Assembly: GCA_963775425.1 (NCBI GenBank)
Contig: CAVZJB010000011.1
Coordinates: 384,001 to 448,000 of the forward strand
DNA length: 64,000 nt
Reading direction: 5' to 3'
Source: an uncultured delta proteobacterium
GTDB lineage: Bacteria > Myxococcota > UBA727 > VGSZ01
A program made the translations under genes and the position numbers. This document shows, piece after piece, positions 54,100 through 61,614 of this stretch. Every line of letters begins with the position of its first letter. Position 1 is the first letter of the stretch. Under the pieces are notes generated by a model. The model saw nothing but the letters and a program-made list of their open reading frames with translations. It ran no database searches and was not told the DNA's origin.

Positions 54100-54873
54100 T
54101 CAGCGGGGGAGGGTCATGACCTCGGCGCCGTCGTCGGTGACGACGAGGGTGTGCTCGAACTGGGCGGAGAGCTTGTGGTCGCGGGTGACGGCGGTCCAGC
54201 CGTCGTCGAGGACCTCGACCTCGTAGGTGCCGACGTTGATCATGGGCTCGATGGTGAAGACCATGCCCTTGGCGAGACGCTCGCCCTTGCCGCGCCTGCC
54301 GTAGTGCGGGACCTGCGGCGCGGTGTGGAAGACCCGGCCGATGCCGTGCCCGACGAAGTCGCGCACGACCGAGAAGCCCTGGGCCTCCGCGTACTCCTGG
54401 ATGGCCGCGCCGATGTCACCGATGCGCGCCCCGGGACGGACCACGGCGATGCCGCGGCGCAGACACTCCTCGGTGACGTCGACGAGCTTCTTGGCGAGCG
54501 GCGACGGCGTCCCCGCGAAGAAGGTCTTGGACGTGTCGCCGTAGTAGCCGTCGACGATGGGCGTCACGTCGATGTTGATGATGTCGCCGTCCTTGAGCGT
54601 GAGCTTCTTGGTGGGGATGCCGTGGCAGACCACCTCGTTCACGGACGTGCAGATGGACTTGGGGAAGCCGTGGTAGTTGAGCGGGCCGTTCTTGTAGCCC
54701 CGCGCGCGGGTCCACTCGACGGCGGCGTCGTCGAGGTCGAGGGTGGTGACGCCCGGCTTCACCAGCGTGCCCAGGTAGGTCAGCATTTCGGACGCGCCTT
54801 TGCACGCCGTCCGCATGGCCTCGATCTCGGAGGCCGACATCAAGGTGATGGTGTCCCGGTTCTTCGCGTCCAT
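54100..54873 (-). CDS. map: Type I methionine aminopeptidase
   Basis: FPKSICTSVNEVVCHGIP, GDIINIDVT, GHGIG, FTIEPMIN, SAQFEHT. Confidence 0.97.
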   Translation of the reverse strand: MDAKNRDTITLMSASEIEAMRTACKGASEMLTYLGTLVKPGVTTLDLDDAAVEWTRARGYKNGPLNYHGFPKSICTSVNEVVCHGIPTKKLTLKDGDIINIDVTPIVDGYYGDTSKTFFAGTPSPLAKKLVDVTEECLRRGIAVVRPGARIGDIGAAIQEYAEAQGFSVVRDFVGHGIGRVFHTAPQVPHYGRRGKGERLAKGMVFTIEPMINVGTYEVEVLDDGWTAVTRDHKLSAQFEHTLVVTDDGAEVMTLPR

Positions 54874-54933
54874 CCCGCATGTGTACCGTCTCGGAGGCGT
54901 TGCGAAAAGCGCTCCGTGCGGCAGCATCCCGGG

Positions 54934-56562
54934 ATGCGCGCGCGCATCGCTCTCGCCGCCTCCGTGGTGCTCTCTGTCGTCGTGGGCTGTCCGGCTCCGA
55001 AGTCCGTGAAAACGGGCTTCCGCGAGGCCCTGTTTCCCGCGGACTTCGCGTGGGGCACGGCCACCGCGGGCTGGCAGGTGGAGGGCGACAAGGGCGTGAA
55101 CGGCCCCGTCGACTCCAACTGGTCCCGCTGGATGGCCATGGGCAAGGCCAAGGGTGAGCAACAAAACCCCGACGGCAACGGCTTCTTCGACCAGTACGAC
55201 GGCGACGCCCAGCGCGCCGCCGACCTCGGCCTCGACTCGTTCCGGTTGAGCGCGGACTGGTCGCGCCTCGAGCCGCAGCCCGGCGTGTTCGACGACGACG
55301 AGCTCGATCACCTCGTCGACGTCCTCACGTCGCTCCGCTCGCACGGGCTCCGCCCGGTGCTCACGCTGTGGCACTGGACGGTGCCCACGTGGGTGCAGCA
55401 GCCCGACGGCAGCGACCCGGCCGGCAAGGTCGATCGCATGGCCACCGACGACCACACCGTCGTCGACGACTTCGACGCCTTCGTCCGCCACGTCATCCCG
55501 CGCGTGAAGGATCAGGTGGACACGTACACGGTGCTCAACGAGCCGCTCACCATGGTGGTCGTGGGCTACGTCGACGGACAGTTTCCGCCGGGCGCCGGCC
55601 TCGACTTCCACAAGGCCACGCAGTTCGGCGTGAACCTCATGTACATGCACGCCCGCGCCTACGACATCATCCACGAGCTCGACGACGTCGACGCCGACGG
55701 CGACGGCGTCCCCTGCAGCGCCGGCGTGACCATGACCGCCAACGACATCTACCCGGAGAACCCGGACTCCGCGCAGGAGCAGCTCGCCGCGGACAGCATG
55801 AACTACGTCTACAACGACTGGTTCCTGCAAGGGCTCGTCAACGGCGACGTCGACCTCGACCTCAACGGCTTCATCCAGGACAACGACGTCGCGGGCGACC
55901 CGGCGCTCAAGGGGCGGCTCGACTTCATCGGGGTCCAGTACTACGGCCCCGTGAAGGTGAAGGAGGAGCCGTTCCTCGACGACACCGCGCCGCTGTACGG
56001 GCTGCCGCTCACGGACGTGAAGGACTACACCGTGCCGGAGGAGACGCGGCTGCCGCACAACGGCATGGGCCGCGAGATCGCCGCGAGCGACTTCGCCGCC
56101 ACCCTCGACCACTACGCGACGTGGGGCCTCCCGCTCATCGTGACGGAGAACGGCACCACCACGAACCACCGGCCCCCCGACGACTACGCCACGCCCGACG
56201 TCCCCTTCGAGCCCGACGAGGACCAGGCCGCGATGTACCTCGTCACGCACATCTGGGAGGTCGGCCGCGCGCTCCACCGCGGCCTCGACATCCGCGGCTA
56301 TTTCCACTGGACCCTTGCGGACAACTTCGAGTGGGTCGAAGGCCGGCGGCAGCGCTTCGGCGCCTACTCCGTCGACTTCACGGACCCCACGTACCCGCGC
56401 ACCAAGACCAAGATGGGCCAGGCCCTCGAGGACATCGCGAAGGCCGGCGGGGTCACCGAGGACATCTGGAACCGCTACGTCCTCGACCGCTTCCCGACGG
56501 ACACCACGCACAAGGGCGTCGGCGCGACCACGAGCGAGCCCGTCGTCGGCGCCCTGAACTGA
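54934..56562 (+). CDS. Glycoside hydrolase family 1 lipoprotein
   Basis: FPADFAWGTATAGWQVEG, LNEP, VTENG, WTLADNFEW; lipobox VVGC. Confidence 0.92.
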   Translation: MRARIALAASVVLSVVVGCPAPKSVKTGFREALFPADFAWGTATAGWQVEGDKGVNGPVDSNWSRWMAMGKAKGEQQNPDGNGFFDQYDGDAQRAADLGLDSFRLSADWSRLEPQPGVFDDDELDHLVDVLTSLRSHGLRPVLTLWHWTVPTWVQQPDGSDPAGKVDRMATDDHTVVDDFDAFVRHVIPRVKDQVDTYTVLNEPLTMVVVGYVDGQFPPGAGLDFHKATQFGVNLMYMHARAYDIIHELDDVDADGDGVPCSAGVTMTANDIYPENPDSAQEQLAADSMNYVYNDWFLQGLVNGDVDLDLNGFIQDNDVAGDPALKGRLDFIGVQYYGPVKVKEEPFLDDTAPLYGLPLTDVKDYTVPEETRLPHNGMGREIAASDFAATLDHYATWGLPLIVTENGTTTNHRPPDDYATPDVPFEPDEDQAAMYLVTHIWEVGRALHRGLDIRGYFHWTLADNFEWVEGRRQRFGAYSVDFTDPTYPRTKTKMGQALEDIAKAGGVTEDIWNRYVLDRFPTDTTHKGVGATTSEPVVGALN

Positions 56563-56577
56563 ACGGGCTCGGCCGGG

Positions 56578-57279
56578 TCAGTCCTCGAGATACCGCGGCA
56601 GCTCCGCCACCGGCGTCTCCCGGGGGGCCTCGCGGAGGAAGCGGGCGAGGGCGCGCTCGATGGCGTCGAGGCCGTGGCCGTCCTCAACGAGGCCCATGAG
56701 CTCCTCGAGCACGTCGTCGGGCGACGCCGCGCGGCCGGAGGCCAGGAAAGCGTGGGCGAGCTCGGCGATCCCGCGGGTCCCCGGGGCCGCCCGCGGCGCC
56801 GGGGCCGCCCGCGGCGCCGGTGTCGCCCGGGCCCCAGGCGCCGCAGGCGCAGGCGCAGGCGCAGGAGGGAGCGTGCGGGCGCGGGCGTCGGCCCCGCGCG
56901 GCGTCAGGCGGTAGAGGGTGCCCGCGCGGCTGCGATCGACGAGGGCGACGCAGCCCTTGTCCACGAGCCCGGCCAGGGCCTTGCCGAGGCGGAGCTGGCT
57001 CATGCGCACCCGGCGCTCGAGCTCCGCCCGGGACACCCGGCAGCAGTCCAGCTCCGCCGCCGCCGCCAGCCGCCACAGGTGCAGGAACACCGCGAATTCC
57101 TCGGGCTCCAGGCCCAGCGCGAGCCGGTCGAAGACGTCGAGGGGCACGGCGACGAAGTCCCGGTGCACCACCAGGCGCTTCGGGGCCGCCGCGGGCTCCT
57201 TGCGCAGGGCAGCGCTCCCCGGGATGGCCGTGTAGCCTGACCGGTGGGTTTTCACACCCCATGAATACCATGGGGTCAT
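56578..57279 (-). CDS. Winged-HTH protein, replication-initiator/DnaD-like; start uncertain
   Basis: EFAVFLHLWRL...VSRAELERRV...LGKALAGLVDKGCV; Pro/Ala linker; small helical C-terminal domain. Confidence 0.55.
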   Translation of the reverse strand: MTPWYSWGVKTHRSGYTAIPGSAALRKEPAAAPKRLVVHRDFVAVPLDVFDRLALGLEPEEFAVFLHLWRLAAAAELDCCRVSRAELERRVRMSQLRLGKALAGLVDKGCVALVDRSRAGTLYRLTPRGADARARTLPPAPAPAPAAPGARATPAPRAAPAPRAAPGTRGIAELAHAFLASGRAASPDDVLEELMGLVEDGHGLDAIERALARFLREAPRETPVAELPRYLED

Positions 57280-57306
57280 CGGCGCACAAGGCGCCGCGGG
57301 GGCCGC

Positions 57307-58101
57307 TCAGAACGCGAAGTAGTCGCGCTCCTGGACTTCGTACATGTAGACGTTCTCGACGCCGATGAGGAAGGCCTCGGAGAGCGGCCGTTCGATCTCG
57401 CGGATGGCCTTGCCGGCGCCGCCCGCCTTGAGGGCCGCGTACTGGCCCCGGGCGCCCTTGCCGTGAAACCGCGCGGCCGCCTGGTTCAATGCCTGCGGCG
57501 ACGAGCCGTCGGGGGCGCGGACCAGGGCCTCCTGGATGTGGATGTCCGGGTCGACCGCCAGCGCGACCTCGTAGTTGCCGCCCTTGAAGCCCGGGAGCTT
57601 GGTGAACACGACATAGCCGACCTTCTTGTCCGGCTTGAGCTTGTCGCGCTCCTTGGCGTTCCTGGCCGACACGAAGGCGAGGCCTTTGTGTCCCATCTTG
57701 AAGAGGGTGAACACGCGGAGGTCCGCGAGCGCCGACGACGCGATCCTGGCCTGGTCGGTGAGCCGCTTCTGCGCGTTTTCGTCGAGCTTCTCGTCGGAGA
57801 CGAGCACGGTGTCCGCGCCCATCAAGAGGTCCTGGAGGTCCGTGTTCTTCGCCTTCAGCGCCGCCAGCACGTCCCACCGGTCGAGGATGTTGTCCGAGGT
57901 GACGCGCGGGAAGTCGCGCTTGCCGCTTCGGATGAGGGCGACCGCCTCGTCATCGGACACCGCGTTCAGCCAGGCGCCGTCGACGCGCGCCTCGGCGCCG
58001 GCCTTCTCGAGCAGCTTCTGGCCGTGGAGGACGTCGCCGACCAGCGGCTGCTCCTCGGCGACGGGGACGGCGAGGGCGAGGGCGAGGGCGAGCAACATCA
58101 C
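57307..58101 (-). CDS. Exported hypothetical protein (cytochrome-c-like remnant plus FMN-bind-like region)
   Basis: Signal peptide; GDVLHGQKLL...SDDEAVALIRSG...DRWDVLAAL; GYVVF...GFKGGNYEVALAVD. Confidence 0.6.
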   Translation of the reverse strand: MMLLALALALAVPVAEEQPLVGDVLHGQKLLEKAGAEARVDGAWLNAVSDDEAVALIRSGKRDFPRVTSDNILDRWDVLAALKAKNTDLQDLLMGADTVLVSDEKLDENAQKRLTDQARIASSALADLRVFTLFKMGHKGLAFVSARNAKERDKLKPDKKVGYVVFTKLPGFKGGNYEVALAVDPDIHIQEALVRAPDGSSPQALNQAAARFHGKGARGQYAALKAGGAGKAIREIERPLSEAFLIGVENVYMYEVQERDYFAF

Positions 58102-58970
58102 TTCTTCCCCAGGATGCGGCGGCCGCCGTGGGCGGCTTCGGCGTCGGCAGTGTTCTTTTGCTCCTCGTCGAAGTCCGGCGGCGGCCAGACCCCGACGTGC
58201 AGCGGGAAGCTCACGTCGAAGCTCTTGTGCCTGAGCGTGGTCCCCGCGACCGCGATCTCGTACTTGCCGTTGTTCTGCGGCGTCATGTGAAAGCCGTAGC
58301 GCCCGGGCGCGTCGAGCGGGTGGAGCGCGTAGCGGAGCTTTGCCCCACGCCCCGGCGCAGACACCGTGGCCACGAGCCCCTCGATGTCCCGCTGCGGCAT
58401 CAGCTTGCCGTAGCGCGGGTCCGCCACCTCGAGCTTCTCGTTGATGTCGACGCGAACGGCGATCAGGCCGTCCTTGTGGACGGCGCCGGGCTCGATGGCG
58501 AACGACAGCGCCAACGCCCCGGACTCGCGCGTGATCTGGCGGACCTTCTTGGCGGCGGCGAGCTGCTGGTCACGGACCTCGAGGCGGTGGCGCTCCTGGT
58601 CGGCCTTCTTCTGCTCCTTCAGCTTCCTTTCGGACTCCGCCTTCTTCTTCTCCGCCTCCTCGGCGGCCTTCTCGGCCTTGTCCTTGGCCTCGGCGTCCTT
58701 GGCCTGCCGCGCCTTCTCCTCGGGGCTCTCCTCGAGGATGTCGCCGCCGGCGGGCTTCTTTTTGTCCTTCTTGTCGTCCTTCTTCTTGTCGTCCTTCTTC
58801 TTGTCCTCTTTTTTCTTGGCCGCCGGCGCCGGCGCCGTCGACGGAGGCGGGCCGGCGTCGGTGGGCTCGTCGGAGGGAGCGCCGATGATGTGGCGCTGGG
58901 CGAGGGCGGCCGGGGCGACGATGCCGGCGACGACGAGGGCGAAGAGGGCGGCGGAGGCGAGACGTTTCAT
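58098..58970 (-). CDS. Exported protein with a charged coiled coil and a YtkA/Ig-like C-terminal domain
   Basis: Signal peptide; K/E-rich stretch; PGRYGFH...GKYEI; overlaps the next gene. Confidence 0.65.
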   Translation of the reverse strand: MKRLASAALFALVVAGIVAPAALAQRHIIGAPSDEPTDAGPPPSTAPAPAAKKKEDKKKDDKKKDDKKDKKKPAGGDILEESPEEKARQAKDAEAKDKAEKAAEEAEKKKAESERKLKEQKKADQERHRLEVRDQQLAAAKKVRQITRESGALALSFAIEPGAVHKDGLIAVRVDINEKLEVADPRYGKLMPQRDIEGLVATVSAPGRGAKLRYALHPLDAPGRYGFHMTPQNNGKYEIAVAGTTLRHKSFDVSFPLHVGVWPPPDFDEEQKNTADAEAAHGGRRILGKK

Positions 58971-58977
58971 CGGGACC

Positions 58978-59829
58978 TCACTGGCAGGTGGACGACGCAC
59001 GCGCGTCTTCCATCGCGAAGCGCACCGCGAAGCCCTCCGGGGAGCGGGCGAGGAAGTAGGGGCGGCCGTTGACGAAGAGGTAGGGGGTGAACTCGACGCC
59101 GAGGCGCTTGCCCTCGGCCTGGCTCGCGTCGACCTTGTTCACCACGGCGGGGTCCTTCATGTCCTTCATGAAGCGATCGACGTCGAGGCCGAGGGCCTTG
59201 GCGTGGCCCTTCAACAGGTCGTCGGACAGGAGGTCCTGGGTGGCGAAGATGGCGTCGTGCATCTGCCAGAACTTGCCCTGGCGGCCCGCGGCCTCGGCGG
59301 CGATGGCGGCGGTCCGGGCCATGGCGTGGAACGGCAGGGGGTAGTGCTTGTACACGAGCTTCACGTCGGGGTGCTGCTTCACGAGCTCGTCGAGGAGGGG
59401 GGCGGCCGCGCGGCAGTGTTGGCACTCGAAGTCCGCGTACTCGACGACGGTGTACTTGGGGTTGCTCGATCCCTTCCAGGCGTAGCCCTTGGTCTCGATG
59501 CTCTTCTTCTTGCCGGCGAAGCCCCCCGTGAGCTCCCGGGTGACGGACTCCTGGAGCTGGTCCGGCGTGACGCCGTCTTCCAGGTTCCGGACGATCCAGC
59601 GACCGAGGAGGACGGCAGGCTTGCAGTGCGTGCCCTCCTGGAGGCACTGGCCGAAGCTCTTCGGGCAGTCGCAGGGGCAGATCTCGTCGTTGGCGACCTT
59701 GGCGAAGAAGGCCTTGCCGACGGGGTCGAGGCGGCTGGTGTCGACAGCGGGGAAAGAGGTGAGCGAAGAGACGGCCCTTTCGTCCGGGGCCGCCACGGCC
59801 AGTAGCGCGAGGATCACAAGCTTCGACAT
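58978..59829 (-). CDS. DsbA/thioredoxin-fold protein with an N-terminal CPCxC domain
   Basis: EYADFECQHC, YPLPFH, QGKFWQMHD, TP.LFVNGR; ICPCDC...C...C. Confidence 0.88.
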   Translation of the reverse strand: MSKLVILALLAVAAPDERAVSSLTSFPAVDTSRLDPVGKAFFAKVANDEICPCDCPKSFGQCLQEGTHCKPAVLLGRWIVRNLEDGVTPDQLQESVTRELTGGFAGKKKSIETKGYAWKGSSNPKYTVVEYADFECQHCRAAAPLLDELVKQHPDVKLVYKHYPLPFHAMARTAAIAAEAAGRQGKFWQMHDAIFATQDLLSDDLLKGHAKALGLDVDRFMKDMKDPAVVNKVDASQAEGKRLGVEFTPYLFVNGRPYFLARSPEGFAVRFAMEDARASSTCQ

Positions 59830-59930
59830 GTGCGGGGTCCTATCACCCGAAACGTCCGACGGCGAGGCACGTTGCCGGGTCCCTTGCGCCTCGGTGGGAG
59901 TGTTCCGTATCGTCGAAGCCGCTGCGATCC

Positions 59931-60884
59931 ATGGCGAAAAGCGAATTCGGCGATGACTATGAGAAGACCACTGTCCTTGGCGTCAAGGACATTGAGATCT
60001 TCACGCCTGGAAAATCAGGTGCGCGCTCCGCGTACCTGATCGTCATCAACGGAAAATCCGTCGGCAAGATGTTCAAGCTGTCGGCGGACACCGTCGTCAT
60101 CGGCCGCGCGCCCACCAACGAGATCCTCATCGACGACGAGGGCGTGTCCCGCAAGCACGCCTACGTCGAGCGCGCCGCCGCCGGCCTCGTGCTCGTCGAC
60201 GGCGAGATGATGGCGGGCGGGGGCATCAAGCCGTCCACCAACGGCGTCTTCGTCAACGGCGCCCGCGTGGAGCGCCACCTGCTCGCCGACGGCGACAAGG
60301 TGCAGCTCGGCTCGTCCACCATCCTCAAGTTCTCGTTCCAGGACGAGGTCGAGGAGCGGGCCCAGAAGCAGATCTACGAGATGGCCACGCGCGACGGCCT
60401 CACCGCCGCGTACAACAAGAAGTACTTCGCGGACCAGCTCAAGACCGACTTCGCGTTCTACCACCGGCACATCGAGCGCCCGCTCAGCCTCGTGCTGTTC
60501 GACATCGACTTCTTCAAGAAGCTGAACGACGGCTTCGGTCACCAGGCGGGCGACTACGTGCTGAAGAGCCTCGCCGCCATCGTCCAGAAGGCGCTGCGCA
60601 CCGAGGACATCTTCGCCCGCTACGGCGGCGAGGAGTTCGGCATCATCCTGCGCGACACCGACGGCGAGAAGGCCTACATCATCTGCGAGCGCATCCGCCG
60701 CAGCATCGAGAACTTCCAGTTCACCTACGACGGCAAGCGCCTCCCGGTCACCATCTCCATGGGCGTCGCCACCCTCGCGTCGCAGAACTACCAGAACCCC
60801 AAGGCGCTGGTGAAGGCCGCCGACGAGTACCTGTACGCGGCCAAGCACAACGGCCGAAACCGCACCGAGAGCGCCCTCATTTGA
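59931..60884 (+). CDS. FHA-GGDEF diguanylate cyclase
   Basis: IGR, VSRKHA and STNG (FHA); DGLT, DIDFFK, RTED I-site, RYGGEEF. Confidence 0.93.
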   Translation: MAKSEFGDDYEKTTVLGVKDIEIFTPGKSGARSAYLIVINGKSVGKMFKLSADTVVIGRAPTNEILIDDEGVSRKHAYVERAAAGLVLVDGEMMAGGGIKPSTNGVFVNGARVERHLLADGDKVQLGSSTILKFSFQDEVEERAQKQIYEMATRDGLTAAYNKKYFADQLKTDFAFYHRHIERPLSLVLFDIDFFKKLNDGFGHQAGDYVLKSLAAIVQKALRTEDIFARYGGEEFGIILRDTDGEKAYIICERIRRSIENFQFTYDGKRLPVTISMGVATLASQNYQNPKALVKAADEYLYAAKHNGRNRTESALI

Positions 60885-61537
60885 TGCGCGCCGCCGCGGC
60901 GCTGGTCTCCCTCGCGCTGCTCGGGTGCGCGCCCGCGGGCGAAAGGGAGCGCGACGCGGGCGAGGGCGGCGAGGGCGAGGGCGAGGGCGAGGGCGAGGGC
61001 GACGCGCCGACGCCGTGCACCGGCGACCCGGACTGCGGCATCGACGAGCTGTGCTTCGCCGACGCGCGCTGCGGCGGCGCCTGCGTCCCGCTCCTCGACG
61101 AGGGCGCGGCGTGCGACGCCGGCGGCCCGCTGAACGCCACCTGCCAGGTCGTCGCGGGCGCGTGCGCCGCCGGCCTGAGCTGCGTCGCCCTGGACGTCGC
61201 CGACCTCTGCATCGTGCCCGGCGTCGTCGGCGCACCCTGCACCGGCGGCGCCGACTGCGACAGCGGCATCTGCGGCACGAGCGGGCTCGGTGAGCCGCTG
61301 CGCTGCGCTCCGAACGACTGCGCGCACGACGGCGACTGCGTCGACGGCGACGTCTGCATGACGCAGCGCGACTGTGGTCGCACCTGCGTCCCGCCCGCTC
61401 CGTTCGCGGCGCAGTGCAGCTACTTCGTGCAGCCCGAGGACGCGTCGTGCGTCGAGACGCGCGCGTGCGCCGCCGGCCTCGAGTGCGTCACGACCACAGG
61501 CGTCGACTCCGCGATCGGCTCCTGCGCGCTCCCGTAG
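60884..61537 (+). CDS. Cys-rich lipoprotein with a (GE)n linker
   Basis: Lipobox LLGC; GE tract; repeated CxxDxDC modules. Confidence 0.78.
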   Translation: MRAAAALVSLALLGCAPAGERERDAGEGGEGEGEGEGEGDAPTPCTGDPDCGIDELCFADARCGGACVPLLDEGAACDAGGPLNATCQVVAGACAAGLSCVALDVADLCIVPGVVGAPCTGGADCDSGICGTSGLGEPLRCAPNDCAHDGDCVDGDVCMTQRDCGRTCVPPAPFAAQCSYFVQPEDASCVETRACAAGLECVTTTGVDSAIGSCALP

Positions 61538-61538
61538 C

Positions 61539-61614
61539 GAGCGGCCGCGGTCAATTGCGACCGGAGGGAGCGGCCGCGGTCAATTGCGACCGGAGGGAGC
61601 GGCCGCGTTCAATT
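61539..61614. repeat. 29-bp palindromic tandem repeat (~2.6 copies), REP-like
   Basis: gagcggccgcggtcaattgcgaccggagg twice plus a partial copy, between convergent genes; an 18-nt core also occurs at 24259-24276. Confidence 0.85.

Noticed and set aside
61539-61614. Possible CRISPR array (29-bp palindromic repeats)
   Set aside because: The units are directly adjacent with no spacers, and no cas genes are present in the window.
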